64,000 nucleotides of DNA from an uncultured Bacilli bacterium (lineage in GTDB: Bacteria; Bacillota_I; Bacilli_A; RF39; UBA660): assembly GCA_934086395.1 (NCBI GenBank), contig CAKOIE010000001.1, forward strand, positions 17,871 through 81,870, in the 5' to 3' direction. This document shows positions 52,225-59,775 of this stretch, one piece after another. The notes beneath the pieces are model-generated. The model worked only from the letters and a program-made list of their open reading frames with translations, was not told the origin of the DNA and searched no databases. Position 1 is the first letter of the stretch; each line of letters opens with the position of its first letter. The translations under genes and the position numbers were made by a program.

Positions 52225-52238
52225 ATTTCCCGGGAAAT
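52225..52238. promoter_or_regulatory. Noc-binding-site (NBS) palindrome 1
   Basis: ATTTCCCGGGAAAT is perfect, embedded in a longer perfect palindrome AATTATTTCCCGGGAAATAATT (52221-52242). Confidence 0.7.
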
Positions 52239-52338
52239 AATTTTTTTATAATTTAATAATAATTTTTTATTAATCTAATAATTTTATGATCTTTTATTAT
52301 CCTTTTCAAAAGTTATTAACATTATTTTAATTATTTAT

Positions 52339-52352
52339 GTTTCACGTGAAAC
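52339..52352. promoter_or_regulatory. parS site 1
   Basis: GTTTCACGTGAAAC is perfect. The 16-mer TGTTTCACGTGAAACT matches the consensus at 15/16. Confidence 0.8.
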
Positions 52353-52390
52353 TTGTGTTATAGATATGTAATAATAAATATATTTATTAA

Positions 52391-52404
52391 GTTTCACGTG
52401 AAAC
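52391..52404. promoter_or_regulatory. parS site 2
   Basis: GTTTCACGTGAAAC is perfect. The 16-mer matches at 15/16. Confidence 0.8.
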
Positions 52405-52437
52405 ATATATGATTTTTATAGTATTTATTGTAAAATT

Positions 52438-52451
52438 ATTTCCCGGGAAAT
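52438..52451. promoter_or_regulatory. NBS palindrome 2
   Basis: ATTTCCCGGGAAAT is perfect, within AATTATTTCCCGGGAAATAATT (52434-52455). Confidence 0.7.
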
Positions 52452-52606
52452 AATTTGTTCGATTTTATTTCTATTAAGACTCTTAATTTTATTCTTTTTA
52501 ATTAATTATTATATTATAAATTTTTATATATTGATTAATTAATTTTTTCTTAATATTTAATTATTTTTTAATACTTTTAATTTATTAATTATATGTATTT
52601 TGTGAT

Positions 52607-52620
52607 GTTTCACGTGAAAC
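52607..52620. promoter_or_regulatory. parS site 3
   Basis: GTTTCACGTGAAAC is perfect. The 16-mer matches at 15/16. Confidence 0.8.
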
Positions 52621-52743
52621 TTATGCGAATTGTTTTTTTTTTATGATTCAGATAGTTAAATTTGTTTATAATATATTATTTTCTTAAGTTAAATTATTTA
52701 TGAATTATATTTAAATAATTTTGCTTATATATGTTCTTGTTAT

Positions 52744-52757
52744 GTTTCACGTGAAAC
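52744..52757. promoter_or_regulatory. parS site 4
   Basis: Perfect 16-mer TGTTTCACGTGAAACA at 52743-52758. Confidence 0.85.
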
Positions 52758-52878
52758 ATAATATTTAATTTTATTGATTGATTTATTATTCATAGTATTT
52801 AAATATAACTTATATTATTTTATATACAATTTTGTTTATATTCTTATTGTTATTAACAATATCTTTATTTTTTTATAA

Positions 52879-52892
52879 GTTTCACGTGAAAC
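52879..52892. promoter_or_regulatory. parS site 5
   Basis: GTTTCACGTGAAAC is perfect. The 16-mer matches at 15/16. Confidence 0.8.
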
Positions 52893-53086
52893 ATCAATGA
52901 TTTTTGTTTTTAATATAATGTAAATTATTTTATTTATTTAATGAAATTTTTATAAAAAAATCATTATTGTTTTATTTAACAATTTTAGAATATTATTTAC
53001 TAAATATTAATTTATCTTTTTTTATATATTAATTAATTAATTTTAATATTTGATTATTTTTAAATCATTATTATATATTTTGTAAT

Positions 53087-53100
53087 GTTTCATGTGAAAC
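53087..53100. promoter_or_regulatory. parS-like site 6 (variant)
   Basis: GTTTCATGTGAAAC, with one central C-to-T change. Confidence 0.6.
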
Positions 53101-53245
53101 TTATTTTTTTATATATAATTTTTTGGTAATTATTTATGATTCAGATATTTAAATTTATTTATATAAATGTTTATATACTATTTTTTAGGTTAATTTAATA
53201 ACAATTTATACTGATAAAAAAATTTGCTTGTATATGTTCTTGTTA

Positions 53246-53259
53246 TGTTTCACGTGAAA
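53246..53259. promoter_or_regulatory. parS site 7
   Basis: Perfect 16-mer TGTTTCACGTGAAACA at 53245-53260. Confidence 0.85.
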
Positions 53260-53314
53260 CATTAATGATTATTATTTTATATAATATAAATTATTTTATT
53301 TATTTAGTGAAATT

Positions 53315-53328
53315 ATTTCCCGGGAAAT
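53315..53328. promoter_or_regulatory. NBS palindrome 3
   Basis: ATTTCCCGGGAAAT is perfect, within AATTATTTCCCGGGAAATAATT (53311-53332). Confidence 0.7.
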
Positions 53329-53451
53329 AATTTGAGAGCTTATTTATAAAAAAATTATTTTTGTTTTATTTAACAATTTTAAAATATTATTTACTAGATA
53401 TTAATTTATTTTTTTAATATATTAATTAATTAATTTTATATATTTTGTAAT

Positions 53452-53465
53452 GTTTCACGTGAAAC
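53452..53465. promoter_or_regulatory. parS site 8
   Basis: Perfect 16-mer TGTTTCACGTGAAACA at 53451-53466. Confidence 0.85.
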
Positions 53466-53519
53466 ATCAATGAATATTGTTTTATATAATATAAATTATT
53501 TTATCTGTTTAGTAAAATT

Positions 53520-53533
53520 ATTTCCCGGGAAAT
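53520..53533. promoter_or_regulatory. NBS palindrome 4
   Basis: ATTTCCCGGGAAAT is perfect, within AATTATTTCCCGGGAAATAATT (53516-53537). Confidence 0.7.
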
Positions 53534-53669
53534 AATTTGTTCGATATTTAATTATTAATTCTTATATATTGTGTAGTAATTAATATGATTTTATTATTAT
53601 TTTAAATATTTTAAAAGTTTTCCACATTATTTTCTTGTTATCTATTAATTGTTGTGGTATATTATATTT

Positions 53670-53747
53670 GTGCAATGTGTATGTAATAACCTGGTCAGAT
53701 TAGGAATAAAGCAGCCATATTTACCTCTACGCATGTGCACTTTTTTT
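53670..53747 (+). ncRNA. ffs: Small (4.5S-type) signal recognition particle RNA
   Basis: CCUGGUCAGAUUAGGAAUAAAGCAGCC matches the SRP domain IV landmark (GGUCAGGUCCGGAAGGAAGCAGCC) with a GGAA loop. The closing helix pairs GUGCAAUGUGUAUG with ACGCAUGUGCAC, followed by U7. The upstream promoter is TTGTTA-17 nt-TATATT (53635-53663). Position is next to tadA/dnaX, as in Bacillus. Confidence 0.75.
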
Positions 53748-53769
53748 ATTTGAAAAGAGGTAGTTATTT

Positions 53770-54186
53770 ATGCCAGATAAAGTATATAAATTATTATTAA
53801 AGTTATCTAGAAAGGCTATTAAACATAATGAGGTTCCCGTAGCTGCTGTTTTAGTTGCTGATGGTAAAATTGTTTCATATGCATATAATAAACGTCATAA
53901 AAGTAATTGTGTGTTTGATCATGCGGAAATTATTGCTATTTCAAAGTATTCTAAAAAAATTAATGAATGGCGATTAAACAAATGTTCGTTGTATGTTACA
54001 ATTGAACCATGTGAAATGTGTAAGCTTTTTATTCGCGAAAGTAGAATAAGTAATGTGTATTATTTATTTGAAAAAAGTTTGAATAAGAAGATGTTTTCTA
54101 AAACTGATTTTTTTAAAATTGATAATGATAGTTTTAAAAATGAATATAAAAAAATAAGTGATTTATTTTGGAAAAATAAGAGATAA
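53770..54186 (+). CDS. tadA: tRNA-specific adenosine deaminase
   Basis: 138 aa. Contains the deaminase zinc motifs HAEI and PCEMC. Confidence 0.85.
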   Translation: MPDKVYKLLLKLSRKAIKHNEVPVAAVLVADGKIVSYAYNKRHKSNCVFDHAEIIAISKYSKKINEWRLNKCSLYVTIEPCEMCKLFIRESRISNVYYLFEKSLNKKMFSKTDFFKIDNDSFKNEYKKISDLFWKNKR

Positions 54187-54217
54187 ATGGTATAATTAGT
54201 AGTGGATGGTGATCTTA

Positions 54218-55924
54218 ATGGCATACAAAGTTTTATATAGAAAATATCGACCTGATTCTTTTGAAAACTTATATGGACAAGAGTCTATAAAAAAATTACT
54301 TTCGGAATCAATTGTTTTAAATAAGGTATCTCATGCATATTTATTTCATGGTCCTAGAGGTACAGGAAAAACTAGTACTGCTAAGATATTTGCTAAAGCA
54401 ATTAATTGTGAAAATAATATAGATGGTAATCCTTGTAATAAATGTAATAGTTGTATAAATTTTAGTGAATCACCTGATATAATCGAAATAGATGCTGCTA
54501 GTAATAATGGTGTCGATGAAATAAGAAATTTACGCGATAGTGCTAAAATATTGCCTACTTTTTCAAAATATAAGATTTATATTATTGATGAGGTTCATAT
54601 GTTATCTGGTAGTGCTTGGAATGCTTTTTTAAAAACTCTCGAGGAACCTCCTAGTCATGTCATATTTATTTTAGCTACAACTGAATTGCAAAAGATTCCT
54701 CTTACTATTTTATCTAGATGTCAACGATTTTCTTTTAAAAAATTAACTCCTGATATTATTGTAAGCAATATTTTAAGAATTTCTAAATTAGAAAATATTG
54801 AGATTACTGACTCTTCAGCTAATTTAATTGCTGAACTTGCTGATGGTGCAATGAGAGATGCTTTAAGTATGCTTGATCAATTATCTAAAGAGAATGTTTT
54901 AATTGATGATAAACTTATTGGTGATACTTTTGGTTTTGTTGGATCAAAGGATGTAGAGAAGATTTTTGAATTATTAAATGATGCTTGTTATGACGATGTT
55001 AACGCTATATTTAATGAATATGGTGATAAGGGTTTAAATATTAATTTATTTGTCAATAAAATTATTGCTTATATTTTTGATTTAGAAATGAAAATTGTTA
55101 ATGGTATGAATTATCCAATTGCTGTATGTGATTTAAAAAATATGGCTTTTGATTTATCAAATGTTTTTGGTAAAAAGAATTCTTTGGATTTAATTAAAAT
55201 TATATTATTTAGTTACTATCAAAAATGTAAACTTAATAATAGTGTTAAAATAGAAATTACTTGCAAGTCCAGCAATAATGAGATAATTGACAAAAAAATC
55301 AACAAAGTTGACAATTTGTCAATTGACAAAATAGTCAATAATTCAGAACAAAAAATAGAAAATAAGAAAAAAACTGAAATTGATGTAGATGATAATTTAA
55401 ATAATATTAAAGAAACTTCAAATGTTGTTAATTGTGTTAATAGTTCTAAAAATAAAATAACTGATGAATTTGTTAAAATAAGAATAAATAATTCTTATGT
55501 AAATGCTAGTCGTGATTGTAAAAAAGAATTTACAGAATTATGGAATAATTTTTTAAATGATATTGAATTTGAAAATAATCATGATTTATTAAATTTAATT
55601 GAAAATGTAAGTATTGAGGTTGTTTCGCCAACAAATGTTATTTTTGCCAACAAGTCTCAATCGACCGTTTTATTATTTAATGAAAGTTTAGATTTGATAG
55701 AAAACGCTTTTAATAAAGCTAGTAATAATAAAAAAAGTTTTATTTGCTTAACACTTAATGATTGGAATATTGAAAAAAATAAATATATGGAATTACTTAA
55801 AAATAAACAAAATAATTTTGTGTATATTGAGGAAAAAAATGATATAATTAGTGATGATGATGTAAATAAATCAGTTTCAATTGCAAATGATTTATTTGGT
55901 GATTCGCTATTAGAAGTTAAATAA
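54218..55924 (+). CDS. dnaX: DNA polymerase III subunit gamma/tau
   Basis: YRKYRPDSFENLYGQ, GPRGTGKTS, a CxxC zinc module, IIDEVHML and SRCQRF. Start at ATG 54218 (M5 of the track ORF), after GGATGGTGA. Confidence 0.9.
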   Translation: MAYKVLYRKYRPDSFENLYGQESIKKLLSESIVLNKVSHAYLFHGPRGTGKTSTAKIFAKAINCENNIDGNPCNKCNSCINFSESPDIIEIDAASNNGVDEIRNLRDSAKILPTFSKYKIYIIDEVHMLSGSAWNAFLKTLEEPPSHVIFILATTELQKIPLTILSRCQRFSFKKLTPDIIVSNILRISKLENIEITDSSANLIAELADGAMRDALSMLDQLSKENVLIDDKLIGDTFGFVGSKDVEKIFELLNDACYDDVNAIFNEYGDKGLNINLFVNKIIAYIFDLEMKIVNGMNYPIAVCDLKNMAFDLSNVFGKKNSLDLIKIILFSYYQKCKLNNSVKIEITCKSSNNEIIDKKINKVDNLSIDKIVNNSEQKIENKKKTEIDVDDNLNNIKETSNVVNCVNSSKNKITDEFVKIRINNSYVNASRDCKKEFTELWNNFLNDIEFENNHDLLNLIENVSIEVVSPTNVIFANKSQSTVLLFNESLDLIENAFNKASNNKKSFICLTLNDWNIEKNKYMELLKNKQNNFVYIEEKNDIISDDDVNKSVSIANDLFGDSLLEVK

Positions 55925-55941
55925 GAAAGAGGAATGATATT

Positions 55942-56241
55942 ATGAATATGCAAAAATTAATGCAAGAAGCACAAAAAATGCAAAGAGTTATAACTGAAAA
56001 ACAGGAAGAAATTTTTAAAACAAATTATGAAGGTAAATCTGGATTTGTTACTGTTGTATTAAGTGGTAAGAAAGAAATGGTTTCTATAAAAATAGATACT
56101 CCATCATTAACTGATGCTGAAGATATCGATGCTTTACAAGATATGATTAAAATTGCTCATAATGAAGCAGTTTCTAAAATTGATAAGGACGTAGAAGTTA
56201 AACTTGGAGCATATGCTAAAGGTTTAAATGGTTTAATGTAA
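55942..56241 (+). CDS. ybaB: Nucleoid-associated protein YbaB/EbfC
   Basis: 99 aa. Begins MNMQKLMQEAQKMQ.... Lies between dnaX and recR. Confidence 0.85.
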   Translation: MNMQKLMQEAQKMQRVITEKQEEIFKTNYEGKSGFVTVVLSGKKEMVSIKIDTPSLTDAEDIDALQDMIKIAHNEAVSKIDKDVEVKLGAYAKGLNGLM

Positions 56242-56837
56242 TGATTTATCCTAAGGAGTTAGAAGAATTAATTGAGTATTTTAAAAAGTTACCAGGAATT
56301 GGTGAAAAGTCTGCTGAAAGACTTGCAATTTCATTACTTGATTTTTCGGAAGATGATATAAATTTATTTACAAAATGTATAATGGATGGCAAAAAGAATT
56401 TACATCCTTGCCGTATATGTGGAAATATAACTTCTGGTGATATATGCTCAGTTTGTGATAATGATTATAGAAATAAAAATTTAATATGTGTTGTTGAAGA
56501 TTTTAAAAGTATATTTGCTTTTGAAAAGATGGGTAAGTATCAAGGTGTATATCATGTTTTAGGTGGATTAATTTCTCCTATTGATGGTATTGGTCCTGAT
56601 GAACTTAATATTGATAGTTTAATTGATCGTTGTGATAATGAAGATGTTGAACTTGTTATTGCACTAAAACCTACAATTGAAGGTGAAACTACAACACAAT
56701 ATATTAAAAAGATTTTAGAAAAAATGAATACTAAAATTTCAAGATTGTCTTATGGATTACCTGTTGGAACTGAACTTGATTATTTAGATTCATTAACATT
56801 AGAAAGGGCATTTGAAGATAGAAAAAATATTGCATAA
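56241..56837 (+). CDS. recR: Recombination protein RecR
   Basis: 198 aa. Contains LPGIGEKSAERLA (HhH), the C4 finger CRICGNITSGDICSVC, and a Toprim domain. Confidence 0.92.
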   Translation: MIYPKELEELIEYFKKLPGIGEKSAERLAISLLDFSEDDINLFTKCIMDGKKNLHPCRICGNITSGDICSVCDNDYRNKNLICVVEDFKSIFAFEKMGKYQGVYHVLGGLISPIDGIGPDELNIDSLIDRCDNEDVELVIALKPTIEGETTTQYIKKILEKMNTKISRLSYGLPVGTELDYLDSLTLERAFEDRKNIA

Positions 56838-56864
56838 TTTTAAATAATAATAATATAATTTATT

Positions 56865-57053
56865 GTGATAATCATGTTATTAAAATTACTGAAAAAAATT
56901 TGTTATTCTTTTTTGCTAATTTATAGTTTTGATATAATTCTTAGTGGTTTTAATGTTGTGGTACCAATTAATTTAATTACTGTTTTGGTTGTTTTTTGTT
57001 TAGGATATCCTGGACTTATTATGATTGCGTTATCTTTTCTACTTTTAATGTAG
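56865..57053 (+). CDS. BofA-like small membrane protein
   Basis: 62 aa. VVVPINLITVLVVFCLGYPGLIMIAL resembles the BofA core (..IP.N..T..V...LG.PG...L). Post-recR position, as in Bacillus. Confidence 0.55.
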   Translation: MIIMLLKLLKKICYSFLLIYSFDIILSGFNVVVPINLITVLVVFCLGYPGLIMIALSFLLLM

Positions 57054-57062
57054 ATTTTGGGT

Positions 57063-57770
57063 ATGAAGGAAGAAAATATTAAATATTTATCTAATGTAAT
57101 AGATGAGAATAAACTTTCTCATGCTTTTTTAGTTGAATCAAATAATTATGAAGATGTTATGAATAGTGTTTTTAAATTGTTTTTAGAAAAGAAAATGATA
57201 TTTAATATTGATGATATTGAGAATAATATTTCAGTTAGAATTTTAAGACCCATAGATAATTTAATTGATAAAGATCAAATTTTAAATTTACAAGAATTTT
57301 TATCTACGATGTCTTTTGATGGATATTATAAATTATTTTTTATTTTAAATGCTGGTTTAATGAATGAACAATCTGTTAATAAATTATTAAAAGTTTTAGA
57401 GGAACCTAATGAGAAAGTGGTTGGATTTTTAATTAGTGATAATTCAAATGAGTTGTTGCCAACTTTAATCAGTAGATGTCAAGTTTTAAAAAATGATATA
57501 GGTGTTTGTAATGTTGTTGTTGATGAAGATATTTTTAATAATTTATGTAAATTTAAAAATTTTAATTTTGAAGATTATATAAAGTTTAAAGTTGTTGTGT
57601 CAAAATTAGATAAGGTAGTAATAAATAACTTATTTATAAAATATTTAGCGTATTTGAATAGTGAAAATGATATTTTTTATTTGAAGGTAAATGATTTTTT
57701 AAATAATATTAGATATAATGTTAATATTGATTTAGCGCTTGATAAACTATATTTTGAGAGTTTAGAATAA
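57063..57770 (+). CDS. holB: DNA polymerase III delta' subunit
   Basis: LSHAFLVES, LKVLEEP and SRCQVL motifs. ATG 57063 is preferred over TTG 57057. Confidence 0.7.
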   Translation: MKEENIKYLSNVIDENKLSHAFLVESNNYEDVMNSVFKLFLEKKMIFNIDDIENNISVRILRPIDNLIDKDQILNLQEFLSTMSFDGYYKLFFILNAGLMNEQSVNKLLKVLEEPNEKVVGFLISDNSNELLPTLISRCQVLKNDIGVCNVVVDEDIFNNLCKFKNFNFEDYIKFKVVVSKLDKVVINNLFIKYLAYLNSENDIFYLKVNDFLNNIRYNVNIDLALDKLYFESLE

Positions 57771-57797
57771 TTTTTTATTTTGAAAGGAGTGGTTAAA

Positions 57798-58574
57798 ATG
57801 GTTGTTGGTGTAAAATTTAAGGATACTGATAAATGTGTTTATTTTAATTCGAATGGTATCGAATTAAAAAAAGATGATTATGTAATTGTTCAATCTGATA
57901 ATGGTACTTTATTTGGAAAGGTATTTAGTATTAATAATGAAAAAATTAATAATGAAATAAAAAATGTTGTTAGAGTTGCTAGTAAAAAGGATTATGATAT
58001 ATATTTAAAGAATTTAGCAAACGCTAAAGAAGCACTTGATTTTGCCAAGGCTTCTGTTAAAAATTTAGGATTAAAAATGCAGTTTGTAGATTCAAGTTTT
58101 AATTTTGAACGATCTCAATTATTAATCAATTTCGTATCTGACGAAAGAATTGATTTTAGGGAATTAGTTAAGATACTAGCAGGTAAATATAAAACTAGAA
58201 TTGAATTACACCAAATTGGTATTAGAGATAAGGCTAAAAAAATATCTGGTTTAGGTCCTTGTGGTAGACCATTGTGTTGTGGTAGTTTTTTAAATGAACT
58301 TGAAGCAGTTGGAATTAATATGGCTAAAAATCAAAATATTGCTTTAAATCCTTCTAAAATAAATGGTGCTTGTGGAAGATTATTGTGTTGTTTAGCATAT
58401 GAAGATGAAAATTATAGTTATTATAAAAGCTTACTTCCTAAAATTGGGAGTGAAGTTATTTATGAAGGAAATAAATATAAAGTTTTAACTGTTAATGTTT
58501 TAAAAATGTCATATGTAATAAATGTTGATGGTGAATTAAAAGAAATTGTAGTTGATAATTATGAAAGAAATTAA
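57798..58574 (+). CDS. ricT: PSP1-domain protein YaaT/RicT
   Basis: VGVKFKD.., RIDFRELVKILAGKYKTRIELHQIGIRD, GPCGRPLCC and CGRLLCCLAYE. ATG 57798 follows AAAGGAG. Confidence 0.85.
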   Translation: MVVGVKFKDTDKCVYFNSNGIELKKDDYVIVQSDNGTLFGKVFSINNEKINNEIKNVVRVASKKDYDIYLKNLANAKEALDFAKASVKNLGLKMQFVDSSFNFERSQLLINFVSDERIDFRELVKILAGKYKTRIELHQIGIRDKAKKISGLGPCGRPLCCGSFLNELEAVGINMAKNQNIALNPSKINGACGRLLCCLAYEDENYSYYKSLLPKIGSEVIYEGNKYKVLTVNVLKMSYVINVDGELKEIVVDNYERN

Positions 58575-59238
58575 TGATTTATATGATTATGCTTATAAAA
58601 TAGTACAAAATTCTGATTATTTTAAATTTTCTTTAGATTCGATGTTACTTGCTAATTTTGTCAATATTAATATGGCAGATAGTAAATTACTTGATTTTTG
58701 TACTGGTAATTGTCCAATACCTATTATTTTGTCTAATTCAATTAAAAATATAGTAGCGTTTGAAGTTCAAAAGGAAATATATGAATTAGGTGATGAATCT
58801 TTAACGTTAAATAACATAAATAATGTGAAATTAATTAATGATGATATTAAAAATATTGGTAATTATTATAATGATGGTTATTTTGATATTATTACTTGTA
58901 ATCCACCTTATTTTAAAGTGATTGATTCTTCTAAAATAAACGATAATAGTGTTAAAGCAATTGCTAGACATGAAATACTTATTAAATTAGAAGATATTGT
59001 TTCGCTTGCTTATAAATACTTAAGAGATAAGGGTAAACTTTATATGGTTTATCGTCCAGATAGATTAATGGAACTTCTTAAGCTATTTGATAAATATAAG
59101 TTTGGGGTTAAGAAATTGCAATGTTGTTATAATAATAGTGATAGTTTATCTTCAATGATTTTAATTGAAGCGATGAAAAATGGGCAAGATGATTTAAAAA
59201 TATTAGCACCACTTTATACAGAAAATTATAGGAGGTAG
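58561..59238 (+). CDS. SAM-dependent methyltransferase, YabB/TrmN6-like (NPPY)
   Basis: LDFCTGN.., ITCNPPYF. Post-yaaT position, as for B. subtilis yabB. Confidence 0.6.
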   Translation: MKEINDLYDYAYKIVQNSDYFKFSLDSMLLANFVNINMADSKLLDFCTGNCPIPIILSNSIKNIVAFEVQKEIYELGDESLTLNNINNVKLINDDIKNIGNYYNDGYFDIITCNPPYFKVIDSSKINDNSVKAIARHEILIKLEDIVSLAYKYLRDKGKLYMVYRPDRLMELLKLFDKYKFGVKKLQCCYNNSDSLSSMILIEAMKNGQDDLKILAPLYTENYRR

Positions 59239-59240
59239 GA

Positions 59241-59774
59241 ATGAAATTAATTGTTGGGCTTGGAAATCCTGGTAAGGAATATGAAAACACTAGACATAAT
59301 ATTGGCTTTTGGTCATTAGATAATTATTTAGGTAGTGTTTCTTTTAAACATGAAAAACTAGCTGATGTATATAAAAATAATTCAGTTATATTTATTAAAC
59401 CTAATACTTTTATGAATTTATCTGGAGAAGCTGTTAAATATTATATGAATTATTATAAAATTGATAAAAAGGATTTGCTAGTTATTCAAGATGATCTTGA
59501 TTTGCCTTTAGGAAAAATAAGAGTTAAAAATAATAGTTCTGCTGGTGGTCATAATGGGATTAAAAGTATTATTAATGAAATTGGTAGTAATGAATTTTTA
59601 AGATTAAAAGTTGGTATTTCTAAAAATAGTAAAGATATTGTAGATTATGTCTTAGGAAAATTTTCTAGGGAAGAAAGGGAAGTTTTAAATAATTCTTGTA
59701 ATGTGATTAATAATATTATAAAAGATTTTATTAATGATGTTGATATAGAAAAATTAAAAAGTAGGTATAATTAA
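59241..59774 (+). CDS. pth: Peptidyl-tRNA hydrolase
   Basis: 177 aa. Contains MKLIVGLGNPGKEYENTRHNIGF. Confidence 0.92.
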   Translation: MKLIVGLGNPGKEYENTRHNIGFWSLDNYLGSVSFKHEKLADVYKNNSVIFIKPNTFMNLSGEAVKYYMNYYKIDKKDLLVIQDDLDLPLGKIRVKNNSSAGGHNGIKSIINEIGSNEFLRLKVGISKNSKDIVDYVLGKFSREEREVLNNSCNVINNIIKDFINDVDIEKLKSRYN

Positions 59775-59775
59775 A

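Larger units (their letters stand above)
52145..53626. repeat. Gene-free higher-order repeat array carrying parS and NBS palindromes, bracketed by DnaA-box-like 16-mers
   Basis: No ORF of 60 aa or more on either strand. AAAAGTTTTCCACATT occurs at both ends (52141-52156 and 53614-53629). Long internal segments recur, e.g. 52879-53100 vs 53246-53465 and 52607-52757 vs 53087-53259. Confidence 0.9.

Noticed and set aside
52141-53629. The array as a MITE or IS element
   Set aside because: There is no transposase ORF, and the ends are direct rather than inverted repeats. I keep an insertion/amplification footprint only as an alternative reading of the flanking 16-mers.
52115-53700. CRISPR array interpretation of the repeat-rich gene-free region
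   Set aside because: The repeats are perfect palindromes of two different kinds at irregular spacing. The sequences between them are themselves duplicated, so they are not unique spacers. No cas genes or leader are nearby. The palindromes match parS and NBS exactly.
52115-53700. rRNA/tRNA operon after gyrA, as in B. subtilis rrnO
   Set aside because: I looked for conserved 16S/23S/5S or tRNA-like GC-rich blocks and found none. The region is extremely AT-rich apart from the palindromes.
54218-55924. Programmed -1 frameshift site in dnaX (A AAA AAG type)
   Set aside because: I found A-rich runs but no convincing slippery heptamer followed by a stem-loop at the gamma/tau boundary. It cannot be supported by eye.
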